A stretch of DNA of 64,000 nt from Octopus vulgaris (GCA_951406725.2 OX597816.1:57164001-57228000), one strand, 5' to 3'; numbered from the stretch's first letter, positions 50,155 through 62,324 are shown. The notes: generated from the sequence alone by a model not told the origin. A program made the numbers and translations.

Positions 50155-52619
50155 TTATATATATAGTATATGTGGCCATAAGGCACAACTCTACAAGCCA
50201 GCCCCAAACTCAACTCGTTCTGTCGAAAGACCCTTGTCCTACGTCCTGGTTTTGTTTTTATCCTTACCATTATTGTTTTTACGTTTTTGTATTCTTATTC
50301 GTGCTTTCCTTATTGTTTTCACGTATTTTTGTTTTTTTATTCGTGTACATCGTCCGTTTTCCGTCCTTGTGTTGTATACATTCGAAGCTTTCTTCCAAGG
50401 GATCTAATGCACTTGGCTTAGATTTCCCTTGGGGGCTGCCCAGGTCGGAGCAATCTCAAGATTAATCAGCCGAAATTGCGAAGATGATCCAGTTCTTGAC
50501 TGATGACTGAGGGCTTCGAATGTCCCGTCCTGTGGTTCTTGTGTCGTCTTCTAGGTGTTTCACGCTCTTGTCCCAGTTTGTATATATTTTTTACTTTTTA
50601 CATATACATATATATACTTATATATCTTTTAGTATATATAATATGTATACATAGAAAGAAACACACACACACACATATAATATTTCTCCCTATTTACCTA
50701 TCTACCTATTTATCTATCTATCAATGTATCTATCTTTTCCTACTCTCCCCCTATTGCACTTCCCTTATTCCTCTCATCCTTACATTGTCTTTTTTTATCT
50801 ACCCCAGAAATCGAGAAGGCCAAACCTTTATAAACGACATTTATCAACACAAACAGTGGGTGTTGTCTTGTCTTGTCCTGCCTGCGCTGCTGGGTGATAT
50901 ATAGTTAGAGGTAAGACGGGGAGCTCAAGAATTCGGCATCTTTCTTTGCTACCGCTATTGTTGTTGTTGTTGTTGTAGTAGTAGTAGGAGATGAGAAAAG
51001 CCGTGTAGTTTGTTGGGCACATTCTTAACCACCGGTGGCTGAGTCCACCGCAGCAGGAGTTACGGTGTTTGGATCTTAAGTCATGATATTTAATCATGCT
51101 TTATAATGATCGTGATGGTGGTGGTGGCGGTGGGGAGGAATGACGGTTGGGGAAGATCACCATTGTTATCACTGTCGTTGTCTTCGTCTTTACCGTGGTC
51201 ATGGTTCAAACGGTGGTGCTGGTTGTAGTAGTGGTGGTTGTAGTAGTAATAGTAGTAGTGGTGGTGGTGGTGGTGGTTTTTTGAACGACACAGAACACAG
51301 GTGAGATTAGAGAAGCTCTAGATTATCCACACATACACACACTCATATATATATACAGATTATTTAGATTATTTCATGTTTTATGTAGAGAGAAACACAT
51401 TTGTAACGGTTAAGATTTATTGCAATTGCCTGTTGTGAGACGTGAAAGATGAAAGAACAGTGATCGAAGTTGTAAAGAAATATTTATTTACCGTTACTTT
51501 AATATATGCCATACCACGACGGATCGGTTAGTGGAATAGCATAACAGTTCGTAAAGCATGCAAGGAAAAGAAAGTTAATTTCGGCCTGTATATGTGTGAA
51601 CCTGATCTCGTTGTAGTAAGAGAGATGGTAATGTGACAGAGAAAAGAAAGTGAGTTAGTGAGAGTGATGGGACAAAACAACTGCTTCGTTGGTGAGTTAC
51701 CATAGTTGTTCCTTTGTGCCTTTTCCTTCAGAGACGGCGTTTTGATTAGTCGGTCAGCCAGACTGGCTTACGGAGTTCTTGTTTTTATAACTATCCAAAA
51801 CCAGCTAGAAGGATAGACATATTGTTGAGAACAATAGATTTCGTTGCAGGTCTGTTATCTCTATTCTAGCTTTTGGTGGCCTAGAAGAGGTTAGAAGGGT
51901 CAAGTGACAAAGCCATTATTCTGCTTAGCGAAGGCATCTGGCAAATGTAACTGCTGTCACTCACAGAAAAACTATTGTTTTACTGTAAAAAAAGTGCTGT
52001 TGAACTGTAAAGTGAAATTTGGCGATCGAGGATCGAATCCACGCTATGCCTGCATGAAGCTACTACACATCTAATCTGGCAAAGAATGGGGCTATATGTT
52101 AAAACTTAATTCAATTATTGTCTGTTCGACTCTACTGGGGTGGCGGTGGTGGTGATCGGGGTGGCGGTGGCGGCGGTGGTGGTGGCGGTGGTGATGGTGG
52201 TGGTGGTGCTGCTGCTGCTGCTGTTGATAGTAGTGTTAATGGTGATGATGACTGGTGTTGGTGGTGGCGGCAATGGTGATCGGGAGAGAAAGAAAAGGTT
52301 TTGTACCTACATCGTATGTTACATTTAGACATGCATGCACACACACACATACTCATATACACATACATACATACATACCTCCACACATACACACACACAC
52401 ACTGCAAACATCTGCACAGCTTGTGAAATTAACACATTAATACGGCAAACATATAAACAATTACTAAGTAGTCACTTGACCTGCTAGAAATAGCAGCATA
52501 ATGCCCCCTCAAATTAAACCCCACCTTCTTATAAGAAAGGAAGCGTTTGACAATGCAGTCCAAAGTATTCGATAAAAGGGCTTGATGGTCATTAATGGAA
52601 TGTCTCTAATCAAAGGTCT

Positions 52620-54919
52620 ACTGGAATTTGTCCCAAGAAAAAGAATATCTGGATCTTGTATGTTTTTGCATGCAGAATTCAAAAATAATGTCAAATTATC
52701 TGTATCATCCACAGTTTATGAATAGAATTAACCTAGTGAAATCATAAATCCAGCTATCTGAGTCAGTGAGTCCCTGAAGCTTGTCAATGCTGAGTCGATG
52801 AGTCACGGATTTTTTGTCAGTACTGTCCTTGAAGTGTAGGTATGCAGTTGTGTACTAAGTTCGCATATTCCATTCACCTTCATAATGCCAAGAAACTGTA
52901 TGAACATCGCAAACAACTTCTGCTATATTTGCGATGACTTAACATTCAAGTTACATAGACAGCTTTTAACGCCATTGATTAAAAAGTGCTATGAGCATTA
53001 TTTTGACTGCAAAATGGGTGACCAGGATAAAAGTTGGGCCCCTCATGTGTGTTGTGGAATCTGTGTCAAGTTTCTCACTGCTTGGGCCACAGGTTCACGC
53101 CATATGCCTTTTGCCATCCCTATGATTTGGAGAGAGCCCAAAGATCACACTTCAGGTTGCTACTTCTGCATGAAGAATATACAAAGTATAACATCAAAAT
53201 GCAAGCATACTGTAAAATATCCTAATTTACAATCTGCTATGAGACCAGTACTTCACAGTCAACACTTACCTGTACCTGACCCGCCAAAACAAACGACACT
53301 CAGTGACGGCGAGTCAAGTAATGAAGATGTAGAGGATGAAACAGAAGGCATGGACTTTGAGCCTAACTGTTCTTCAAATGAACCACATTTGTCGAATGAG
53401 GGAGATCTGAATGATTTTGTGCGGAATTTAAACTTGTCGAAAAAGCAAGCTGAACTTCTTGGTTCCAGGTTAAAAGGCTGGAATCTTCTCCAGAAAAACA
53501 ACAAAGTTAGTTTTTATCGTTCTCGGCATTGTGATTGTGCAAATTTTTTCTCACTTGATGATGGTATGGTATTTTGTAATGATGTATATTCTGTTATGGA
53601 GGAACTTAACCACAAATATAGCTCGAATGAGTGGCGTTTGTTTATTGACTCCTCAAAAGTAAGCTTGAAAGCAGTTTTACTCTACAATGGAAATAAGTTT
53701 CCCTCTGGCCCATGCAGCGAACACGAACGCAATATATGAAAGTGTGAAGCTTCTGTTGCAAAAAATGAATTCTGAGGAACATAAGTGGAATATTTGTGGT
53801 GACCTGAAGGTTGTGGTGCTTTTATTTGGATTGCAGCTGAGTTGCACCAAGTTTTGTTGCTTTCTCTGTGAGTGGGACAGTCAGGATGAGAAAAATCATT
53901 ATGAAAAGAATGTGGCCGAAATGATCTCTGACTCCCGGACAGAAGAATGTCATCAATCCTTCCCTTGTTGATTCTGAGAAAATTTGCCTTCTTTGCATAT
54001 TAAGCTAGGGTTGATGAAGAATTTCGTCAAAGGTATGGATAGAACTGGCAAGGGATTCACGTATTTGAAAACTAAATTTCCAAGAGTAAGTGACTCAAAA
54101 ATCAAGGAAGGTATTTTTGTTGGGCCACAGATTAGGGGGCTGATGAGAGACCAAAAGTTTCATGAAGAGCTCAATGGTGTTGAAAAAGCTGCGTGGCTAT
54201 CATTTAAGAAAGTTTGCTGAGAGTTTTGGGGGAATCATAGAGAAGAGAACTATTCTGACATCGTGAAAGAGTTACTGACATTATACAATGCCTTGTAGTG
54301 CAATATGAGCCTAAAATCCACTTCTTGAATTCTTACTTGGACCTTTTCCTTGCAAATCTTGGGACTGTTAGTGACGAGCACGACGAGAGGTTTCACCAGA
54401 ACATTCTGAATATGGAAGCCTGGTACCAAGAAAAGTGTTGCTCTTCTATGTTGACTAATTGTTGTTGGTTACTAAAAAGGAACGTTCCAGAAGCTAGATA
54501 CAGTTAAAAATCATATGCCTCTACGTTTTAAAGGCAAGTTTCCTAGTAATATAAGACTGAGTTTTGAATTCATGAAATACAATTCTTTAACAATATACAT
54601 ATGCTGTCACAGAAAAAACTATGACTAATAGAAAAATCTGAAAACACTTGAATTCTGCAAATAAAATGCTATTAAGTTCACCTACTTTTGTTTGTAGGAC
54701 AGAGTTTTTCATTAATTCTGTTGACCAATTATAATTGTCAGCCATTTTTCTGCATTAATAGAGTACATTTATTGTATTATTTAATTACTCTGTCACATAA
54801 AAACCATGCCAGATAGGAAAATTATAAAAAGCAGATTCGAAATCTGCGTTAAAAGTAGAATAAAGTTGGCTTTGTTTAGTTCATGGGACAACAAAAAGTT
54901 CGAATTTTGTTGACCAGTA
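52620..54919 (+). mobile_element. Chapaev3-like (CMC superfamily) DNA transposon, near full length, inactive
   Basis: Contains the transposase pseudogene below. The 3' end ...gaattttgttgaccagta resembles the CACTG/CAGTG termini. A second 3'-end-like segment ends near 54728, and the 5' terminus is eroded. Confidence 0.75.
52885..54507 (+). pseudogene. Chapaev3-like transposase, broken by frameshifts and stops
   Basis: FCYIC, GDQDKSWAPHVCC, MPFAIPMIWREPKDHTSGCYFC, AELLGSRL, WRLFIDSSKVSLKAVLL, ICGDLKVV, CFLCEWDS, LHIKLGLMKNFVK, KIKEGIFVGPQIR and VSDEHDERFHQ occur across four ORF pieces. The family name is from recall. Confidence 0.85.
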
Positions 54920-55113
54920 TTATACGTGTATATAGGTGTGTACATTAGAATTTAGTGCATGTCAACGTACATCTAGGAATATCAGCTGCACAAATGTATT
55001 AATTTGTGTGTGTGAGTGAGGGATAGAGAGAAAGAAAGAGGGAGGGAGAGAGAGAGAGAGAGAGTGAGTGTGTATGTGCGTGTTTGTGTGAAACAACATA
55101 TATACTCATCCCT

Positions 55114-55174
<61 letters not shown>

Positions 55175-55194
55175 GGGGGGAGGATGGAGAGAGA

Positions 55195-55320
55195 GATATT
55201 TGCGAGATGTAGATGTGGAGGTCTTCAAAGAACGTCTGGACAAGTTTTCATATGAAATCCCAGATGAACCCACATTGTGGCAGGGGAAAAAAAGAACAGC
55301 GGACACAAAGAACAGCGGCT
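55195..55320 (+). mobile_element. CR1-type LINE C-terminal tip
   Basis: VDVEVFKERLDKFSYEIPDEP parallels FKKSLDKFLQTVPDKP at the end of ORF 11899-12699. Confidence 0.65.
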
Positions 55321-55932
55321 CCGTCCGACTCGCTGCTTCAACAAAAACAGTACAGAAAAGAAACCAAAGCCAAATGCACTGAAAGACGATGCCCCAGCAT
55401 GGCCCCAGCGACTGGCTGAGACCAGTAAAAAGTAAAAGATGTGTGTGTGTGTGTGTGTGTGTATTTTGCAAACTTGCAAATCCAAGTACTGCCAGTTAGA
55501 AGCTCTGCATACCGGATGCTAGCAAGCTTATGGGGTCATCAGAAGTGAATGCGCGCTGTCTCGGGGGTTTTCCTCTCGACGGCATCATTGTGCACCGGCC
55601 CCGCCTCACTGAGATGAGGCCCCGCTGGCTAGGTCAACTTGGGTTATTAGGTTTTATTCAATATTCTTCTAACCATTACACACTGTCTCTTTTTAATCAT
55701 AACCTGTGGTTTGCCTTCTCCGCAGTAGTTTGGATATCATTCCTGGTGGTATTTGCTTTACGATGAGTTAGGCGTAACGACAACAACAATCACCTCACAC
55801 TGTGTCCAATGAAACTTCTACTTCCAACTTCGTAACTTGCGGTACTGACACTGAATTCTAGGGATACCTTTGGGGGATAAACTTCAAAATGAATACAATG
55901 CCGTACTGCTAACACAAGGTAAGACTCGGTAT

Positions 55933-56170
55933 TAGGCGGTGAACTGGCAGAAACGGTAGCACGCCAGGCGAAATGCTTAGCGGTATTTCGTCTGCCGTTA
56001 CGTTGTGAGTTCAAATTCCGCCGAGATCGACTTTGCTTTTCATCCTTTCGGGGTCGATTAAATAAGTACCAGTTACGCACTGGGGTCGATATAATCGACT
56101 TAATACCTATGTCTGTCCTTGTTTGTCCCCTCTATGTTTAGCCCCTTGTGGGTAGTAAAGAAATAGGTAT
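55933..56170 (+). mobile_element. SINE family A, full length
   Basis: Consensus match. Confidence 0.9.
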
Positions 56171-56325
56171 TACCTTGTAAACCTTTAATATATTTGGTTG
56201 TATTTTACGATTGTATAACAAAATATCGTGTCCTTGCTAACAATTAAATTGTATACGCTATGTACATACGTATAGGTCCCTTATGGATTTCTATGCATTT
56301 GGGCCTTACATTATTCTTGCGCGTG

Positions 56326-56472
56326 TTGTTCTGAGTTCAAATTCCGCCAAGGTCGACTTTGCCTTTCATCCTTTCGGAGTCGATAAATTAAATAGCATTT
56401 GCGTACTGGGGTCGATCTAATCGACTGCTCCCCTCCCCCAAAATTTCGGGCCTTGTGCCTAGAGTAGAAAAG
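56326..56472 (+). mobile_element. SINE family A, 5'-truncated (tail B)
   Basis: 16-bp TSD attattcttgcg(c/t)gtg at 56310-56325 and 56473-56488. Confidence 0.88.
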
Positions 56473-56817
56473 ATTATTCTTGCGTGTGCACACGCGCGTA
56501 TAGACGAGAATCCCTCTCCATAGAAAAGGGCTTGTATGATTGTGTGTGTGTGTGTGTGTGCATGAACGAGGGTGAACACATGTGTGTGTGTGTGTGTGTG
56601 CATGAATGAGGGTGAACACGTGTGTCTGTGTTTGTGTGCCGTACTTATATATATATGTATATGTATATGTGGGTATGAAATATTATGTACTTTTAACAAA
56701 CAAGGCAATATATACGTGTAAATGTAAGAAGACGAACATGTTATCACAGCTGATCAACAATATTTTCTTAACAAAAATATCACGAGGGACACTTACCTCT
56801 CACCAACTACTCTATTC

Positions 56818-57038
56818 CGGCAGAATCGTTAGCACGCCGGGCGAAATGCTTAGCAGTATTTCGTCTGTCGCTACGTTCTGAGTTCAAGTTCCACCGAGGT
56901 CGACTTTGCCTTTCATCCTTTCGGGGTCGATTAAATAAGTACCAGTTACGCACTGGCGTCGATGTAATCGACTTAATCCGTTTGTCTGTCCTTATTTGTC
57001 CCCTCTGTGTTTAGCCCCTTGTGAGTAGTAAAGAAATA
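56818..57038 (+). mobile_element. SINE family A
   Basis: Consensus match. Confidence 0.9.
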
Positions 57039-57149
57039 GCTATCTATTTGTCTTCCTCTCCGTCTATCGATGTATCTAACCCTCAATCTATCCATGTATT
57101 TGTCTATCAATCTATTCAGTTATTTGTCTTATATATTCACGTATCTATC

Positions 57150-57196
<47 letters not shown>

Positions 57197-57743
57197 CTAT
57201 CTATCTATCTATCTATCTATCAAACAATCTTCCTCTCTATCTATCTGTCTATCTATTTATCTGTCTACCTTTGTTTGTCTGTCTGCCTATCTCTATATAT
57301 CTATCTATCTGTCTGTCTGTCTATCTATCCGTCCATCCATCTATTTATCTACCTTTCAGTCTATCTATACATTTGTCTATCTGTCTGTCTGTCTGTCTGT
57401 CCTTTTGTCTTTCTAACTAATCAAAAGCATTCAAGCTGTGACCATCCCGTCTTTCTGGAACTACTTAAGAGTATATTATTATTCAGCGTTTCCTGTCCTC
57501 TTTCAGGATGCTGAGTGCTGAGATATGAGAAAATTTAGTTCCTATTTTTAGCATGCTAAGCGACCACGTAGTCGCTGTTCTGGGTTGTAGAGCGATTATG
57601 CATATATAATTAATTGCCTGGAAATATGAGGGAAGTGGTGATGGTCAGGTGTGGTCAGTAACAATTAGTAAAGAGAAGAGGGTGTAGAGTTCTAAATGGA
57701 GAGAAGTTGGTGTTTTGGGGCTCGTCTGAGAGAGAGAGAGAGA

Positions 57744-57789
<46 letters not shown>

Positions 57790-58038
57790 GAAAGAAACCA
57801 GCTGTAGGGAAAAGAAACAGGAGACAGCGAGAGAAAAGAGAAGGTTAGAAACAGTGAGACAGAAACATCGAAGAGGAGGAGGAGGAGGAGGGGGAGAAGG
57901 AGGAGGAGAAGGAGGAAGCTACATAAATAACTAAGTAAATATAAAATATATATATTTATGTGTATGTACAGATATATATATATAGGTGATCTATTTCTAG
58001 CATATTGGATGTCCACTTAGTGGTCATCCCTTCTTATA

Positions 58039-58113
<75 letters not shown>

Positions 58114-58118
<5 letters not shown>

Positions 58119-58312
58119 AATAAATGAAAGAATCTAAAAGTTTTTGTGCATCTTGATGCTGACATAAGTTCCTTGTTTTTCCTGATGAGAAGGCGGCATA
58201 ATGCACCCCTTATTCCTTCGAAATTAGGAATATGCAGCCTTCGAAACATATGTCGAAAATAAAGGAATTTTGTTAATTCGTCATTCAACTCCATTCTTTC
58301 ATTTATTTGTAT
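58114..58312 (+). mobile_element. 199-bp hammerhead-containing unit (solo PLE pLTR or retrozyme-like) bounded by a 20-bp inverted repeat
   Basis: atacaaataaatgaaagaat (58114-58133) and attctttcatttatttgtat (58293-58312) are exact reverse complements. The unit abuts (TA)n. Confidence 0.7.
58160..58275 (+). ncRNA. Type I hammerhead ribozyme, intact core
   Basis: ttttc-CTGATGA(58182-58188)-gaaggcggcata...tatgcagccttc-GAAA(58243-58246)-catatg-TC-gaaaa. Stem II 11/12 bp, stem III palindrome ACATATGT, GUC site at 58252-58254, stem I extendable via agttcct/aggaatt. Confidence 0.85.
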
Positions 58313-58464
58313 TTAAAAAAACACACAAATTTCCACACGATAGCACGTGATCTCTGCCCTAGGCATGTAGCTTCAACCGTGTTTTTCTGACGTGAATTTG
58401 CTACCCAGGTATCGGTTAACCGAATTATCCATATTAAGATAATTCATTCAACTACTCAATTATT

Positions 58465-58547
<83 letters not shown>

Positions 58548-58552
58548 ATACG

Positions 58553-58590
<38 letters not shown>

Positions 58591-58594
<4 letters not shown>

Positions 58595-58905
58595 GGCGAG
58601 CTGGCAGAAACGTTAGCGCGCCGGGCGAAATTCTTAGCGATATATATCGCCTGCCGTTACGTTCTGAGTTCAAATTCCGCCGAGGTCGACTTTGCCTTTC
58701 ATCCTTTCGGAGTCGATTAAGTAAGTACCAGTTACGCACTGGGGTCGATAAAATCGACTTAATCCGTTTGTCTGTCCTTGTTTGTTCCCTCTGTGTTTTA
58801 GCCCCTTGTGGGTAGTAAAGAAGTAGGTATTTCGTCTGCCGTTACGTTCACATTCCGCCGAGGTCGACTTTGCCTTTCATTCTTTCGGGGTGGGCAATAA
58901 AGAAA
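58591..58905 (+). mobile_element. SINE family A with partial second unit
   Basis: Consensus match within (TA)n. Confidence 0.9.
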
Positions 58906-58941
58906 TATATATATATGTACATAAATTCATTTAGCCATTTA

Positions 58942-58997
<56 letters not shown>

Positions 58998-59434
58998 TGT
59001 ATATATAAATATATATCTATGTGTATATGTATGTATGTACGTACGTATGTATGTACGTACGTATGTATGTACGTATGTACACTATCGTTTTCTCATTAAG
59101 TTTTGAATTATGCTGTGTAATGAAGTAGCATAGTATTTTGCAGCTGATCCACGTTGTAAATGCATGGCAAATCGGCGAACGAATGTCGTATCTGTATGGC
59201 CAGTGTTAGAGTTAGAGTCGTGGATGCTATACATTGTCATATTTCCATTGAAATCTTTCAATCATATTGACCATTTGTAACATATCCAGAGATCATAGCT
59301 CGCGGTTATAATATTAGTCTATCCATAATGTTTATATTTAACCATTATTGATGAATAGATTCCATATATTTTGTGTTCCATTTTAATTATAACAAAAGAT
59401 AATAATATAAAAGATCTCTTCTGCCGCCAGTATA

Positions 59435-60295
59435 TAGGAGGTCCAGACAATAAGTATCCGGACTGTTGTTCGAGAAAGTTGAGCTAAAGCATCCAGTGTA
59501 AAACCTCTAGAGACAGAATGACTTTGAACTCTGCTGTGCATATTGTTTATAAGTTTTAACGTTCTAGCTCACTTCCACTATTTATAGCAGTGCTTGAAGA
59601 GAAGGTGCGTGGCGTGTGATCGTCGCATTGACCATGACAGAGAAAGTTGTCGTGGCGATACTTGCTCTGAGGCCTACGCAAAGTTGCAGAAAGTATATGG
59701 AGAAGAGTGTATGTGGCGCACACAAGTGAACGAGTGGTTCAGACGGTTCCAAGGTGGCCGAGAAAATGTCGATAGTGACGAACGTTCTGGAGACCCGCAA
59801 CCAGCAGAACTGAGAAAAACATCTTAGATGTGCGTGCAGCTGTGGGGGGAAGTCGTCAAATCACCATCCGTGAGTTATCAGAAGATGGACAGGTTAGTTA
59901 CGGTTCAGTTCAGTCCATTATCACTGAAGATTTGGGTATGTGACGCGTGTCTGCCAAGTTTGTGCTAAAACTGCTTTCAGATGACCCAAAAAACAGTCGG
60001 GTTTCAGTTGCACAAGATCTTCTTGATTGTGTCGAGAACGATGAAAACTTTTGAAAACTTTGCGTAGGCCTCTGAGCAGGGCTCGCCAAGTTTTTGGTAA
60101 ACTTTGAAGCAGATTCTCTGCTCAACTTACTCTGTCATGATCAAGGCGACAATCACACGCTACACACCTTCCTTCCTTCCAAGCACTGCTGTAAACAGCA
60201 GAAGTAAGCTAGAGCGTTAAAACAGCAGAGTTCAAAGCCAATCTGTGCTAGGCGGCTTTACTCTACATGCTTTAGCTTCGTTACTATGACAACAT
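59435..60295 (+). mobile_element. Mariner-derived element with an inverted duplication of its 5' end
   Basis: Left TIR gaggtccagacaataagtatccggactgttg. Remnant ORF EAYAKLQKVYGEECMWRTQVNEWFRRFQGGRENVDSDERSG...ITIRELSE...RVSAKFVLKLLS. The segment 60057-60293 is an inverted copy of about 59462-59685. Confidence 0.85.
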
Positions 60296-60611
60296 ATTCA
60301 TTTACCAAATACATTTTATTGGAGGTTTGCTGATTTTCAATCAGTTAATGTCTGGTGTATTTAGTTCATGGAGCTACTTTTATTATCCTTATTGTTCATT
60401 TTAATATTATTATTGCCGTCGTTGTTGTTGTTGTTTTAACCTGGGTTTTGTTCGAACTCCTGGAGTCTCTTGCCTGGGTAATTGGCTTGCTACATTCAGT
60501 CTACGGTACATTGCTATTTGTCGACTTTGTCTTTTCATCATTTCGGAGTCGATAAAGTAAGTAACATGAGAGCTGGAGCCAAAATCATAATGAATCATTA
60601 TTTATTATTAT

Positions 60612-60791
60612 TCAGTTCTATACTTAAGAGATGAGGAATTATGTACATTATTTACATTTGACGGATATTTGACCTCATCTTGTTTGTTGTTAACACATTT
60701 CGGCTGATATACCCTCCAACCTTCATCGGGTGTCTTGGGGGAAAATTTCAAACCTGGGTTCTCATTCCTAAGGTATTTTTCGATGTTGTTG

Positions 60792-60851
<60 letters not shown>

Positions 60852-60929
60852 TCACTGCTTGGAATCGAACTCGGAATATTGGGGTTAGTAGCCCGCGCTC
60901 TTAACGACTACGCCATATTCCCGTGGGCA

Positions 60930-60930
<1 letters not shown>
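60612..60930 (-). mobile_element. tRNA-derived SINE with hammerhead-like tail, copy 3 (full length)
   Basis: Minus strand: TGGCGTAGTCG A-box, GAGTTCGATTCC B-box, (TAA)n, then gacacCCGATGAaggttggagggtatatcagccGAAAtgtgtt. Flanked by (TAA)n. Confidence 0.85.
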
Positions 60931-60980
<50 letters not shown>

Positions 60981-61339
60981 CATCACTGAGTTTCATCAAC
61001 TAACTTATTCCTAAACCATTTGTTGATTGGTGTTTCTTGTGTGGCTATATTTGATGGAGTGTGTCATTGTGTGGCTTTTGGAAGAGGCTAGGATACTGTT
61101 ATAGAGAGGATATCACGGCTGACATCTTATATCTGTGTGAATGTTCACTCTTTCAGTCGGAGTACAGACGTTTATTTGTGCCCGTAGAGCAAACGGACGT
61201 GATACATTACACCATCGATACACACACATTCACACGCATGTTTGTATGCATGTATGTAGACACCACACTGACACACACACACACACACACACAAATTTAT
61301 ACAAACGCACACTCACAGACATATATATACAAACACACG

Positions 61340-61738
61340 CTCACAAACACACACGCACACACATATATACACACACACATAAATAAAATATATGTGCATA
61401 TGTAGACATATATATATATATATAAAGTATATATATATATATACATACAAATACACACTCACTAACACATACACACATATATATACAAACGCAGATAAAT
61501 AAAATATATATGCATATGTATGCACACACATACATGTACAAACACCTCTGCACACATATACCCATGCACTCACACACACACATATATACACATAGCATAG
61601 ACATATATATATATACAAATACACACTCACAAACACACACACACATATATATACACAGGCAGATAAATAAAATATATATGCATATGTATGCACACACATA
61701 CATGTACAAACACCTCTGCACACATATACCCATACACT

Positions 61739-61769
<31 letters not shown>

Positions 61770-61780
61770 ATAGCATAGAC
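61340..61780. repeat. ~170-bp AC/AT-rich minisatellite, about 2.5 units
   Basis: cagataaataaaatatatatgcatatgtatgcacacacatacatgtacaaacacctctgcac recurs near 61491 and 61660. Confidence 0.85.
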
Positions 61781-61846
61781 CAGCCTCAAGGCAATAGACT
61801 CCCTACGTCGGAATATTATGTTAGAGAGACAGACAGATAAAATAAA

Positions 61847-61951
61847 CCCTTTGAATCCTGACCTTCTGAACTTTATTTTACCATATACCTGGCGCTCCAC
61901 CGGTTCTACGGGAGCCATCCACCGGTAAACCGGTGTTACGGACTCAAAGCG
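61847..61951. mobile_element. piggyBac-like miniature element
   Basis: taaa-CCCTTTGAATCC...GGACTCAAAGCG-ttaa imperfect TIRs with TTAA-like flanks. Confidence 0.5.
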
Positions 61952-62284
61952 TTAAAAAGACAAAGACTTCAAAAGTCTCCCAGTAGAATAATTGTTCCAA
62001 AGAAGTAATTCTTACTGTGCCAGAGCTTTGGCTTGCCTCCAATTGACTGATAAAATTAAAGGGAGCTGAACAACAGACACACTTGGGAGCATTAATCCAG
62101 GGGTTTAAACGGTATAAACTTTACATCAACGTTGTTCAGATTATGCGCAATAATCCGTTCAAGGGGCAATTAGAGACTATCGCCATCTTAGCAGTGTCTG
62201 TCGGAGGATATCACGGCTGACATCTTATATCGCAGTCCTCATTCCAAGGGCTTGCAGTGTGTGTGTGTGTGTACGTGTACGTGT

Positions 62285-62319
<35 letters not shown>

Positions 62320-62324
<5 letters not shown>

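Noticed and set aside
55480-55660. GC-rich segment with a gcctca/tgaggc hairpin and minus-strand CTGATGA
   Set aside because: No GAAA partner or assignable ribozyme fold; identity unresolved.
60848-60918. tRNA gene candidate (also 13121-13195 and the SINE B heads)
   Set aside because: A/B boxes are present but there is no proper acceptor stem, and each continues into a SINE body.
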